Source of the DNA: Anaerolineales bacterium | GTDB taxonomy: Bacteria; Chloroflexota; Anaerolineae; Anaerolineales; UBA4823 | Assembly: GCA_041551115.1 (NCBI GenBank) | Contig: JBFENN010000001.1 | Coordinates: 1 to 47,845 of the forward strand | DNA: 47,845 bases | Direction of reading: 5' to 3' | Part shown: positions 36,298 to 45,720 of the stretch, piece after piece | Layout: each line of letters opens with the position of its first letter | Position numbering within the stretch: the first letter of the stretch is position 1 | Made by a program: the position numbers and the translations under genes | The notes under the pieces: model-generated | The model's database searches: none | Told to the model about the DNA's origin: nothing | The model's input: the letters and a program-made list of their open reading frames with translations, nothing else

Positions 36298-37437
36298 TTA
36301 TGGGCATGCATTAGCTTTGTGTTCTTCAAATGTCTCTGAGAAAACATGATTTCCGGATCCGTCGCAAGCAGCGCGGAAATAGAAAAATATAGAATCCTCT
36401 GGGAAAGCAACTGCTTGAAGGGCAGATGGACTTGGATTAGATATCGGTCCAGGAGGAAGACCAAGATTGAGATATGTGTTATAGGGAGAATTGATCTGGA
36501 GGTCAATCAGGCTTAATGGTGATTTCCACCAGGTATTTTGGTTTTCATCATATCCTAGTGCATATTGAACTGTTGGATCTGCGTCTAATTTTATTCCAGT
36601 GGAATGACGATTGACGTATACTGATGCTATCATCGGCATTTCAGCATCATTCACAGCTTCTTTTTCGACAATAGAAGCCAATATTAGTGCCTGATAGGGA
36701 GATAGCTTTTGCCTGTGATAAGCTTGAAGAATCTCGGGCGTTAGTCGTGTTTCAAATGTTGAAAGCAATTGATCCAGTAGTTGTTCTACAGAGATATTAC
36801 GGGGTACTTTATGCATGCCTGGTGGCAATAATCCTTCCATCGTGGAATCTTGAGGCAAGTACGGGGAGAAAGAATATCCTTCTGGTTTTGAATTCGTCGC
36901 GATTAGGAATTCTTCGGGTGAAATCTCCAAACCAGTCGTTGGTAGTGATTGGGCGATTTCTTCTAAACGCCATCCAGGCAAGATCGAAAAATCCACATGA
37001 CTGGGTGTGGCATCTTGGAGAGCGGTTGCGATATCTTTTGCGGTCATCCCCGCATTCATGGTGTAGTTTCCTGCTTGAATGGTCCGATCAAATCCTCGGA
37101 AGATCAGATAATCTCGGAAGATATCGGCATTTAATATCAAACCCTGCCCTTCGAGCTTATGAGTTATTGAATCAACATCATCTCCATATTCAATGGAAAC
37201 AACTTGATTTGGAGCGATTTCAGCTATTGGAGTGGTAATTGACTGTTGGTGGTATAGTAGTTTTATGGCCAACCATGTTTGATCCAGTCTACCTAAACTC
37301 GTATCTGCTGGACCGAGCACTTCCATGGCTCTTTGTGTTGGATTGATAATCCAGACTACAAGAATGAAAAAAGCAATACATATTGCGACAATGATCGTAC
37401 ACGATATATACTTGGAAAAACAGGACCTATTATCCAT
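36298..37437 (-). CDS. mltG: Endolytic murein transglycosylase MltG (YceG-like)
   Basis: An N-terminal TM span is followed by the YceG signatures LASIVEKEA, YVNR, SPYNTYLNLGLPPGPISNPS and YFYFRA..DGSGNHVFSETFEEH. Confidence 0.9.
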   Translation of the reverse strand: MDNRSCFSKYISCTIIVAICIAFFILVVWIINPTQRAMEVLGPADTSLGRLDQTWLAIKLLYHQQSITTPIAEIAPNQVVSIEYGDDVDSITHKLEGQGLILNADIFRDYLIFRGFDRTIQAGNYTMNAGMTAKDIATALQDATPSHVDFSILPGWRLEEIAQSLPTTGLEISPEEFLIATNSKPEGYSFSPYLPQDSTMEGLLPPGMHKVPRNISVEQLLDQLLSTFETRLTPEILQAYHRQKLSPYQALILASIVEKEAVNDAEMPMIASVYVNRHSTGIKLDADPTVQYALGYDENQNTWWKSPLSLIDLQINSPYNTYLNLGLPPGPISNPSPSALQAVAFPEDSIFFYFRAACDGSGNHVFSETFEEHKANACP

Positions 37438-37476
37438 ATATGATCTATTTTCTAGGCAAAGGTAATGAAGTGGAAA

Positions 37477-37896
37477 TTAAGTATGCTCTGAGTGGGAATC
37501 GAGGTAGGTTTGTAGAATATATGTGGCCGCCAAATCATCAATCGGTTTCCTTTTTCGTCCTGAAGTTTTTTTTAACTTCGATTGAGTTTTGATGATCGCA
37601 TTCGAGCTGTTGCTTTCATCCCACATGATAACTGGAAAATGAGATAGTTTACGAATAGCTGCGGCAAGGCGAGTTGAGCGCCTACTCTGCAATGTTGGCT
37701 GGTTTTCAGAATCAAGCGCGACACCCACCACAATTAACTCTGCTTCGTACTGCTCAGCTAATTGTTTGATAGCTTCTGCATCTGTTTTTCTAGATTTGTG
37801 AAGCAGTATAGTCAAAGGATTGGCAATTGTCCCTGTGGGATCACTAATAGCTATTCCAATCCTCTTCTCTCCGGGATCGATGGCAATTATCCGCAT
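37477..37896 (-). CDS. ruvX: Putative pre-16S rRNA nuclease / Holliday junction resolvase-like YqgF
   Basis: MRIIAIDPGEKRIGIAISD is the canonical YqgF N-terminus. The start is the ATG at 37896. The gene sits in the conserved ruvX-mltG pairing. Confidence 0.9.
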   Translation of the reverse strand: MRIIAIDPGEKRIGIAISDPTGTIANPLTILLHKSRKTDAEAIKQLAEQYEAELIVVGVALDSENQPTLQSRRSTRLAAAIRKLSHFPVIMWDESNSSNAIIKTQSKLKKTSGRKRKPIDDLAATYILQTYLDSHSEHT

Positions 37897-37904
37897 ATTA
37901 AATT

Positions 37905-39476
37905 TCACATTCTATTGCATAGTCTGGATATCTTTGAACTACCAAGTTGGTTTGTCCGATTGATAATTACCTCGATTCTGAAAGGCAATAGTGGCATCCG
38001 AGGCCACCATTCAGGTGATAAAATGATCTCAGGGGCTTCGGACAGTGCATATTTTTCCATCAATATGCTTATCGCATTTGGAGGCGCTAAACCTAAGCTA
38101 GCGATTGCAACATCATTAGCTTCTATTTGTGTGGTTAGATTTCGCTCGGCTTTGATTTTCCATGAGAAATTCCCCTTGTCATTCAAAGAAAACTCCCCAA
38201 TATTATGTATTTGAAGCGATGAGTCAACCGCAGTAAATCCCATCGCGGAGCGAGTATCCATAACTTGTTGGATAAGATCGACCACTGTGTCATATCTAAG
38301 AGTTTGGACTTCGTATTCGAGCTGCAGTTCAAGATCGACTTGATTTGCAGGTTGCCCAATTAATGGAAAATATTCTTCGTGGATTACTTCCTTTACTACC
38401 AAAGTCGGCGTAATCACTTGATAAGTGCCTGTGGAATCTTCAATGAAATCTTCAAGGGCGGATTGGCGGAGCTGTTGTTCTAATATCCGATACAACTTTC
38501 GTTGATCAACAAGTTCAACTGCAGGAACGATAATATCTTTACCACCGCTCAGGGGGAGTTGGTTCCTCGCAATGATTGATGTACTTTCTGGGCCTTCTAA
38601 AATTAATATTGAGTTTGCTTGTAAATTGCTAGACGCACCTGGAGATATAGCATGAAGAGCTGATTGAACTCTATCTTCACCTCCTGGTGCCATGGTTATG
38701 CTTTTTATGGTCTCATACCTTTGTTGTGGATCATCAGATGATCTGAAGATAGAACCTTTTTCTAAGGTTATTGGATTCTCACTTAGATTAGTCAGTAAGG
38801 CGCGACCTTCTGCATACGTTGAAGGGTAAAGCGTAGTACCGGTGGTTGGGATTGATGCTCTACCTTCGACAATTATTGAGGCAGTTTCAGTGGGGATTTC
38901 TCCGGTTATACTGACTGTTTTGATATCAGTTCCTGCTGATAATGCCATAGACAGTTCTTGAGGATATGTTGCGGTTTTTATATGGATTTCTGAATTAGGG
39001 ACGAATACTGCGGCCATGCAAGTAACTGCAATCACACCCAGAACGAATACGAAGTGTCGTATCAGCGGATTAGTTATCTCGAAAGGTAATGATCTATCTG
39101 GTGATTGAATATCGATTCGTTTTTGATCATTGTTAAATTTTGTTTGAGTCAACTTTTGATAAATCGGGTCATAAGGGTAAACGGTAGGGCTATCTTTTTG
39201 CCAATTCGAACGCTTTGCACGGGCAAGGGTTCTATATGCAGGAATTCCGAGATCTTTAGCATTTTGGATAACTTTCCTATACGGAGCGACAATAGCCAAC
39301 TCGGCCCCTAACGTGTGACTGTGCCTTTTTAATAATATCAAATCGAGCCGTTTATCGAGTACTACACCCGTATCTGGCCAAACCAAGATAATTCTCTGGG
39401 TTTGAGTCCACCCCATCTTGTCCCTGGCACTCACGTGATCGTCGTGTGCATCCAGATGAATAATTTGTGTTCTCAT
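37905..39476 (-). CDS. Hypothetical bitopic membrane protein (cytoplasmic ~135 aa, one TM, ~360-aa external domain)
   Basis: There is a single hydrophobic span (FVFVLGVIAVTCMAAVFV). I recognise no catalytic motifs. The stop is 9 nt upstream of the ruvX ATG, which suggests co-transcription. Confidence 0.6.
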   Translation of the reverse strand: MRTQIIHLDAHDDHVSARDKMGWTQTQRIILVWPDTGVVLDKRLDLILLKRHSHTLGAELAIVAPYRKVIQNAKDLGIPAYRTLARAKRSNWQKDSPTVYPYDPIYQKLTQTKFNNDQKRIDIQSPDRSLPFEITNPLIRHFVFVLGVIAVTCMAAVFVPNSEIHIKTATYPQELSMALSAGTDIKTVSITGEIPTETASIIVEGRASIPTTGTTLYPSTYAEGRALLTNLSENPITLEKGSIFRSSDDPQQRYETIKSITMAPGGEDRVQSALHAISPGASSNLQANSILILEGPESTSIIARNQLPLSGGKDIIVPAVELVDQRKLYRILEQQLRQSALEDFIEDSTGTYQVITPTLVVKEVIHEEYFPLIGQPANQVDLELQLEYEVQTLRYDTVVDLIQQVMDTRSAMGFTAVDSSLQIHNIGEFSLNDKGNFSWKIKAERNLTTQIEANDVAIASLGLAPPNAISILMEKYALSEAPEIILSPEWWPRMPLLPFRIEVIINRTNQLGSSKISRLCNRM

Positions 39477-39553
39477 AGGTAGTTAGGTACCCACAAAATA
39501 GTAAGACTACTCATATTCTATCAGTAGGGGTGGTATTTGGTTAAATATTGAGG

Positions 39554-41086
39554 TTACGGTTGACAACCACGGCGATCATTAGGAATGACCTGGTACACAT
39601 ATGGGTTATCGTAATGTGAGAACAGGGCGTTATCCTCCAACAACTCATACTTTCTGTCTATAAGATAATTGAAAACCAAGCGAAACGTGTTCACAGGACT
39701 GAGACCAGGGTACAGATTGGATCTCAACGGCTCTGGAAATTTGTAGGCGTTAAGTATACTCATCCGTTGTTTGGGCGATTCTATTATTGATCCATGGTCT
39801 CCTTGAATAATTATGATAGGTTCAATCTCCGAATCTGAGTTTATATTATCAATAATTGGTATGATTTGAGAATTAATAAATTGGACCTGGTTACTGTATC
39901 CGGTGACAGAGTCGGCATTTTCGTGAACGGCTTGCCCATCAGGACTGAAAACATGAGGCCAATGGGGGATTATGAGGTGTGCAAAAACAAATATCGGATC
40001 ACCCAAATCAGGGAGATTATTCAACTGCTCCAGAGTGAATAATATTCGTTCTCTGTGCAATTTGTCACGCTTTTCCCAATCAGGAGGAAGGTTTAGAATT
40101 GCTATCCCTTCGCTAAATATCCGCCCAAATGTAGTTCGTAATAGCAAATTCTCGAAATCATTTATCTCAGATGCAAATCCTGGGGTAAAGTAAATATCGG
40201 CATTTTCAATTCGGGTAGGTTCATATCCACTATCAAAAGTGAGGATTGTGTAGCCCATATTACTCAAAATCTCACGAGTCTCACTGGAACGAATCAGTTG
40301 TGTTAAACCAAGACGGCTTTTATTTCCAGCAGTATAGCGATCATTAATATTATCCAAATAGTCGAAATTTAATGATGATGCCAATGAGAGCTGTGTTTGT
40401 GCATAATTTGATTGGCTGCAGCGAGCAATATAAAAACCCATCCTCTCAAGCTGTTTAAGGAATGCCGAATTATCTATTCCATAATGCTTCGCTAATGTAT
40501 CATCCCGGGCGTACCCATCTAAAATGATATAGTAGATATCAGGAAATGCTTGGTTCTGGGAAATTATTCTCTCATCTTGGGTGCCTTCTAGAAGCTTGTC
40601 TGCAGTTTCTTGGTTTGATCTATACGAGTCTATTCCGTGGAGAGTTACCTGGGAAATCGGTATTATGATAATGGCAATAGAAATCAAGTTAAAGAACTTT
40701 GTGGTTGTAGATAGTGCTTGTAGTCGCCTGCCTACCCACCATATGGAAACGCCACTTAAAGACATCCATAAGAATGTCAAATATCTATGTCGACCAATGG
40801 TAAAGCCGAATATAGACAGATCTTCGATGAAATTATATATATGTCCATAAGAGTAGAACCAGACGAGAAGGATCGTCGTAATTATGCCTGCACGATACCA
40901 ATTCTTGGTGATTATCCTAAACACTGATAAGAAGAGAATGCAGCAAATCATTGAAATACCAATTGGTCGAACTCCTGTGGAAAGGTTCACCTCCTCGATA
41001 TTTAATGCGAGTAACGCCAGAATTGGGTAAAGCGCAAATAAGAATGGATGCAGAATTGGGGGATATTTAGATATCTTAGCTGCCAA
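39554..41086 (-). CDS. Polytopic membrane protein with external alkaline-phosphatase-superfamily (sulfatase/LtaS-like) domain
   Basis: About 5-6 N-terminal TM spans are followed by DIYYIILDGYARDD (a metal-binding Asp context) and CSQSNYAQTQLSLASSL, then a late IIQGDHGS. The layout resembles LtaS/EptA-type transferases. The nucleophile is not confidently identified. Confidence 0.55.
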   Translation of the reverse strand: MAAKISKYPPILHPFLFALYPILALLALNIEEVNLSTGVRPIGISMICCILFLSVFRIITKNWYRAGIITTILLVWFYSYGHIYNFIEDLSIFGFTIGRHRYLTFLWMSLSGVSIWWVGRRLQALSTTTKFFNLISIAIIIIPISQVTLHGIDSYRSNQETADKLLEGTQDERIISQNQAFPDIYYIILDGYARDDTLAKHYGIDNSAFLKQLERMGFYIARCSQSNYAQTQLSLASSLNFDYLDNINDRYTAGNKSRLGLTQLIRSSETREILSNMGYTILTFDSGYEPTRIENADIYFTPGFASEINDFENLLLRTTFGRIFSEGIAILNLPPDWEKRDKLHRERILFTLEQLNNLPDLGDPIFVFAHLIIPHWPHVFSPDGQAVHENADSVTGYSNQVQFINSQIIPIIDNINSDSEIEPIIIIQGDHGSIIESPKQRMSILNAYKFPEPLRSNLYPGLSPVNTFRLVFNYLIDRKYELLEDNALFSHYDNPYVYQVIPNDRRGCQP

Positions 41087-42457
41087 TTATCGGCCTACCA
41101 TCATGTAAATGTAACGGGAAGAGTCTTGGACTTTTTCCGCTTGTCTAATATCAAAGTGCTTGGAAAATGTGTTTTCAAAAGAGATCCGATTGTAGTCAGC
41201 GAAAATATCCTCGCGAGATATGAGCAAGCGTTCTACTTGCGAATCATCTTTGGGAACAAATTCGATTATCAATGAGTTTCCAATGGAGCGGAAATATCTG
41301 CAAATCCTGTCTAGAGGAACGTTATTGCTAATGGCTAAATGATGGATTAATGCCAAAGCCAGAACAGTATCTGCGGTATTACGCTCTACAATCGTCATCC
41401 TTTCACAATTTGCCCAACCGATATTAGGGCTTGGATTGGTAAGATCCAAAAGTAAGGGTAGTATATTTTTTTCATTCCCCTGACGGCATTTTAGATAGTT
41501 TTTTTCGACTGCAGCTTGGTCACTATCAAATGCTATCGTGATTGCACCTTTCTCACTCGCTAATCGGCTGAAAACCCCGACATTTGCCCCGAGATCCCAT
41601 ACTTGCTTGGGTTTAAGTATGTCTAGATACTCTCCGACAAGTTCTTTCTTGTGTTTAAATCCTTGCAGTGAATAGTTGTTGTCTTGATAGTATTCGCCCC
41701 ACTCCGTTCCGGATGGCCGCCATTTTAATTTTCTGATGCTGCTCTTCAAGCTGTCAAGCAATCCAAGAAACGATGTGCGGTTCATTTTTCCTTTGCTGCT
41801 GAACTCTTTTCCAGCCATTCGCTTTTGAGAAGCAGCATGAGTATGAATGTGCATGAGCACCGGCAAGTTCACGCGTGACTTAGCAGGCAGCAACCGACTG
41901 GTAAGGTCTAATGGGATCCCATCGAGATATATGCGTAACAATTGATTCAGCCTAAAATCTCGATATGCCATTAAACTTAATGGGGCTAAAAAATGCTGGC
42001 AAAATTGCCGGTATGCTATCCATGGCTGTCCTTCTCTGTATATTTCAAAGGACAGCGTATCGATCAAAATTGGTTTTCCTCTGTGGAATTGGATATTGTA
42101 GCTGCTGCTATCCTTTAGGGACATTCCAAATTGCAAGGCGATTTCCTGAATCCTCAAGGTAATCAGGGCTGCATCTCGGAGCTGGCTAAAACACCACTCA
42201 TAAGGATAGGATATGAACTTAATTCTCTCTGGTTTAATTACTTTGTATGAACTGTCAAGAATCAGTGGTTTGATGTCAACTTCTTGGTGAGGAATTAGCA
42301 GCTGCTTGTTGATTAATTTTTGATAGAGCCCCGAGCTGATTAAATAATCATAGTTTGTTTGGTAACTTTTATTGATCTGGCGATAGAGATTGCCATCACG
42401 AGAGAACAGGAACCCACTGGGATCTCTGAATGAGCTATTTAGGATATCCGTGTGCAT
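41087..42457 (-). CDS. Class I SAM-dependent methyltransferase with ~280-aa N-terminal extension
   Basis: SAM motif I-like VWDLGANVGVFS, acidic motif II AFDSDQ and post-motif ALALIHHL lie in the C-terminal half. I do not recognise the N-terminal domain. The gene directly abuts the downstream gene (41086/41087). Confidence 0.7.
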   Translation of the reverse strand: MHTDILNSSFRDPSGFLFSRDGNLYRQINKSYQTNYDYLISSGLYQKLINKQLLIPHQEVDIKPLILDSSYKVIKPERIKFISYPYEWCFSQLRDAALITLRIQEIALQFGMSLKDSSSYNIQFHRGKPILIDTLSFEIYREGQPWIAYRQFCQHFLAPLSLMAYRDFRLNQLLRIYLDGIPLDLTSRLLPAKSRVNLPVLMHIHTHAASQKRMAGKEFSSKGKMNRTSFLGLLDSLKSSIRKLKWRPSGTEWGEYYQDNNYSLQGFKHKKELVGEYLDILKPKQVWDLGANVGVFSRLASEKGAITIAFDSDQAAVEKNYLKCRQGNEKNILPLLLDLTNPSPNIGWANCERMTIVERNTADTVLALALIHHLAISNNVPLDRICRYFRSIGNSLIIEFVPKDDSQVERLLISREDIFADYNRISFENTFSKHFDIRQAEKVQDSSRYIYMMVGR

Positions 42458-42467
42458 GGCGGTTCAC

Positions 42468-42692
42468 TTATTCTCGGTTTGCTTCATCTTCGTCATCCTC
42501 AGATTGGTCACGACGTAGGAATCCAGTGATTTTACGCCAATACGTTTTGATAAGAAATATTGATCCAAGCAAAGTTGCCAATAACAATTGAAGAATAAAG
42601 CTTCCCGAGCCCGGATCTAGGTATGCTGGGTTAACCAACACTGGTGCTGCTACTATTGTTATCAGTGGGTGAATATTAAACATGGTTATCAT
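42468..42692 (-). CDS. Small hydrophobic protein (DPGSGS motif) with acidic tail
   Basis: The 74-aa sequence is ..AYLDPGSGSFILQLLLATLLGSIFLIKTYWRKI.. followed by SEDDEDEA. It sits inside the glycosylation cluster in the same orientation. Coding status is plausible but unproven. Confidence 0.4.
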   Translation of the reverse strand: MITMFNIHPLITIVAAPVLVNPAYLDPGSGSFILQLLLATLLGSIFLIKTYWRKITGFLRRDQSEDDEDEANRE

Positions 42693-42757
42693 GACAATAT
42701 CTCGACTTTCATGAGTTTGAATGATGAGAATACTTGTACTTATGGTTGCAAGTAATT

Positions 42758-43903
42758 CTAATTTAATCTCGGGTTAAATGATATGATCGTATCAATAACA
42801 TGTTGCTGTTCATTCTCTCCCAGGCTTGTATAAAATGGTAGCCGCACCAAACGGTCGCTTATGTTTTCTGTAACTGGGCAACTACCAGCCTCGTTGCCGT
42901 ACTTCTGCCCCATCTTTGAGAGATGGAGTGGTAAATAATGGAATACACTGAGAATTCCGTGGTTCTTTAAGTGTGAAATTAGCCCGTCTCTATTTTCCAA
43001 ACTGGGCATTAATAGATAAAACATATGGTAAGGTTGCTCGCAATGATCAGGTACATATGGGATTGCTATATTGTTGGTGCCAGCCCAATCCCATAATCCC
43101 TGGTAGTATCTGTGCCAAATCGATTTCCGCTTTGTTTGAATCACTTCGCTCGCCTCTAATTGTGCGAATAGAAAAGCAGCGAGCATATCGGATGGGAGGA
43201 AACTTGATCCAATATCTACCCATGTATATTTATCAACTTGACCCCTAAAGAATTTGCTACGGTCAGTGCCCTTCTCGCGGATAATTTCAGCCCGTTCAAT
43301 ATATTCTGGATTGTTGATAATCAATGCTCCACCCTCCCCACAGGATAAATTCTTTGTTTCGTGGAAACTTAGCGCGGATATGATACCAAATGTACCTAGT
43401 TTTTGCCCACGATAGCGTCCAAACATCCCATGGGCGTTGTCCTCTATGATTGGTATGCTATTACCATTCGCAATTTTATTGATCTTATCCATTTCACAGC
43501 CTACACCGGCGTAATGAACGGCGGCGATAGCTTTAGTTCGGTGTGTGATTTTCTCCTCGAGTAGGTTTTCATCGAGATTGAGGGTATCAGGACGGATATC
43601 GATGAATATCGGTTTGGCTCCTTGGCGGACGAAAGCATTCACTGTAGACACAAATGTAAAAGCAGGTATTACTACTTCATCACCAGGCTTGATATCCAGC
43701 AGCATAGCACTGATTTCGAGGGCATGGGTGCCTGATGTCGTCAGCAGTGATTTTGAGTTGTCAAAATAGGCATTCAACCAATCGTGGCAATTCAAAGTAT
43801 ATGGTCCATCTCCTGAAACATGACTGTTTGATATGGACTGTTCGATATATTTCAGCTCATTCCCAGAAAGATATACTTTGTTGAAGGGTATAGAAATTTC
43901 CAT
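42758..43903 (-). CDS. wecE: dTDP-4-amino-4,6-dideoxy-hexose (Fuc4N-type) aminotransferase, WecE/RffA-like (DegT family)
   Basis: Long collinear similarity to E. coli WecE as I remember it: IPFN..., GDEVVIPAFTFVSTVNAFV..GAKPIFIDIRPDT, SFHETKN (PLP Lys), and ERAEIIREKGTDRSKFFRGQVDKYTWVDIGSSFLPSD. Confidence 0.88.
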   Translation of the reverse strand: MEISIPFNKVYLSGNELKYIEQSISNSHVSGDGPYTLNCHDWLNAYFDNSKSLLTTSGTHALEISAMLLDIKPGDEVVIPAFTFVSTVNAFVRQGAKPIFIDIRPDTLNLDENLLEEKITHRTKAIAAVHYAGVGCEMDKINKIANGNSIPIIEDNAHGMFGRYRGQKLGTFGIISALSFHETKNLSCGEGGALIINNPEYIERAEIIREKGTDRSKFFRGQVDKYTWVDIGSSFLPSDMLAAFLFAQLEASEVIQTKRKSIWHRYYQGLWDWAGTNNIAIPYVPDHCEQPYHMFYLLMPSLENRDGLISHLKNHGILSVFHYLPLHLSKMGQKYGNEAGSCPVTENISDRLVRLPFYTSLGENEQQHVIDTIISFNPRLN

Positions 43904-43914
43904 ATTTATGCAGG

Positions 43915-44667
43915 TTATAAATTCTTATGGGTGAACCATTTATGGTACCAGAGGTAGATACTGCTGGTAGTAAATCCACATCGTTCAAATAGATGGAGAG
44001 CTTTGATATTTCGCCCTTGAGTAGCTACTTCAACTACAGTTATTCCTTGGGTAAAAAACCAATTTAGCGCGCAATTAACAAGATCTGTACCATAACCTTG
44101 ACCTTGCGCTGATGGAGCAACAGCGATGAGGCTGATTTGCCCTTCATTATGCTCTTGTAATTTCCGACAGGTGATAAATCCGGCAACAGTGTCCATTTTC
44201 ATGATTACAAATACTGCATCTGCCCATCCTTTACTTGCTTTTTCAATCCATGTCTCATACAGGTTATCACACAACTCATCAGGAAATCTAGGATCTGTAT
44301 AAAATCGGGATGTTTGGAAATTCGAACGGGCAATATCACGTAATGAGACCAGATCTTCTTGTTGGTATAAGCGAATATCTGCTCCAGTTACTTTACTGGC
44401 TATATCCGGATTCATAGAGATAGAATAAGTTAGTTCAATCCTGATATCAACTAAATCAAAACCATTCTCAGATGCGATAACGTGAGTTCCATAATCATTG
44501 CTATCTGCAAGAAAATACAGACAGTCAATGGAATACCGTTGGCTCCACGCGTATATATCCTGAACCAAGTGATTTGATAGTCTATTTATATTAACTCGCC
44601 CGATATTTAATCCAAAAAAACTCGAATCCCATTCGAGAAATTCACATGCTTGTAGATCATCAACCAA
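43915..44667 (-). CDS. wecD: GNAT N-acetyltransferase, WecD/RffC-like (dTDP-fucosamine acetyltransferase-like)
   Basis: LEWDSSFFGLNIGRV at the N-terminus, SRFYTDPRFP and the C-terminal VATQGRNIKALHLFERCGF..SSIYLWYHKW parallel E. coli WecD as I remember it. A GNAT acetyl-CoA motif QGQGYG is present. The gene overlaps the upstream GT2 gene by 8 nt. Confidence 0.75.
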   Translation of the reverse strand: MVDDLQACEFLEWDSSFFGLNIGRVNINRLSNHLVQDIYAWSQRYSIDCLYFLADSNDYGTHVIASENGFDLVDIRIELTYSISMNPDIASKVTGADIRLYQQEDLVSLRDIARSNFQTSRFYTDPRFPDELCDNLYETWIEKASKGWADAVFVIMKMDTVAGFITCRKLQEHNEGQISLIAVAPSAQGQGYGTDLVNCALNWFFTQGITVVEVATQGRNIKALHLFERCGFTTSSIYLWYHKWFTHKNL

Positions 44668-45604
44668 GAGAATAACCCTCCTGTTCGTCTGTTTTTCCCC
44701 GAATGACGTAGGAAGGACGGTCCATTAAACGGAAGTACATTCTGGCTAGGTATTCCCCGATAATACCCAAGGCAAATAACTGCACTCCTGCAAAAATCGC
44801 AATTGTAGATGCCAAGAACGGAAACCCGGGGACACTGCCACCTAAGATAATATATCTACCGATCACGTACAGCAGTACGATTCCACCAAATATAGCGAAT
44901 GCAAATCCCATCCAACTGGCGAATTGGAGAGGAAATGTTGAAAACCCAGTAATCATGTTTAACGCGTGGGCAACCAATTTACGGAAAGTGTAATTGGATC
45001 CCCCGACTTCACGAGTATTATGATGAACTGGAACGGCAGTGAATCGATTCGTTCCCCATGACAATAGTACATCGATTGAAACAAATGGATTATGGTAAGT
45101 ATTAAATGCCCTCCGTATTTTTGTCTGGAAGGCTCGAAATGCGCTTACACGGCGGGCTGTTTCAATTCCGGTCGTCCTCTGCAAAGCGAATTTTGTTAAT
45201 TGCGATGCTAGATTACGCCATAAACCATGCTGTTCTTGTTCAGGATATCCATATACTACATCATAGCCTTCATCAAGCATTACTATAAGCTTGCCAATCT
45301 CCTCTGGAGGATGTTGTAAGTCGTCATCCATTGTGATTATGTATTCATGTTGCGCTAAACGGATACCGCAAAGCAATGCATTGTGCTGACCGTAGTTGCG
45401 CATTAAGTTTATCCCAACCATCCATGGATAATCAATCTGAAGTTCTGTGATGATCCGCCAGCTATCATCTAGACTCCCGTCATTGATCAAAATTACTTCA
45501 AATTCCTCGCATAAATTTGGTAGTTCAGCTCCAAGCCGCTGAATAAGCTTTTGTAGCATAGGACCGCTGTTAAAAACCGGAATAATAACCGAAATATTAT
45601 GCAT
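44660..45604 (-). CDS. GT2 polyprenyl-phosphate glycosyltransferase (ArnC/GtrB/DPM1-like)
   Basis: The motifs ISVIIPVFNS, ILINDGSLDDS, NYGQHNAL and the hallmark DDDLQHPPEEI are present. Two C-terminal TM spans match the ArnC/GtrB layout. Confidence 0.85.
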   Translation of the reverse strand: MHNISVIIPVFNSGPMLQKLIQRLGAELPNLCEEFEVILINDGSLDDSWRIITELQIDYPWMVGINLMRNYGQHNALLCGIRLAQHEYIITMDDDLQHPPEEIGKLIVMLDEGYDVVYGYPEQEQHGLWRNLASQLTKFALQRTTGIETARRVSAFRAFQTKIRRAFNTYHNPFVSIDVLLSWGTNRFTAVPVHHNTREVGGSNYTFRKLVAHALNMITGFSTFPLQFASWMGFAFAIFGGIVLLYVIGRYIILGGSVPGFPFLASTIAIFAGVQLFALGIIGEYLARMYFRLMDRPSYVIRGKTDEQEGYSLG

Positions 45605-45720
45605 TTTATGGGTGAAGATAATTTATGGTTCTACCTCATCGCTGGAGCGCAATAGATCATGTACACTGGACGATGTAGGAATTATTTTTTCTATTGGAAG
45701 GATTTGTTTGTATATTTTAC

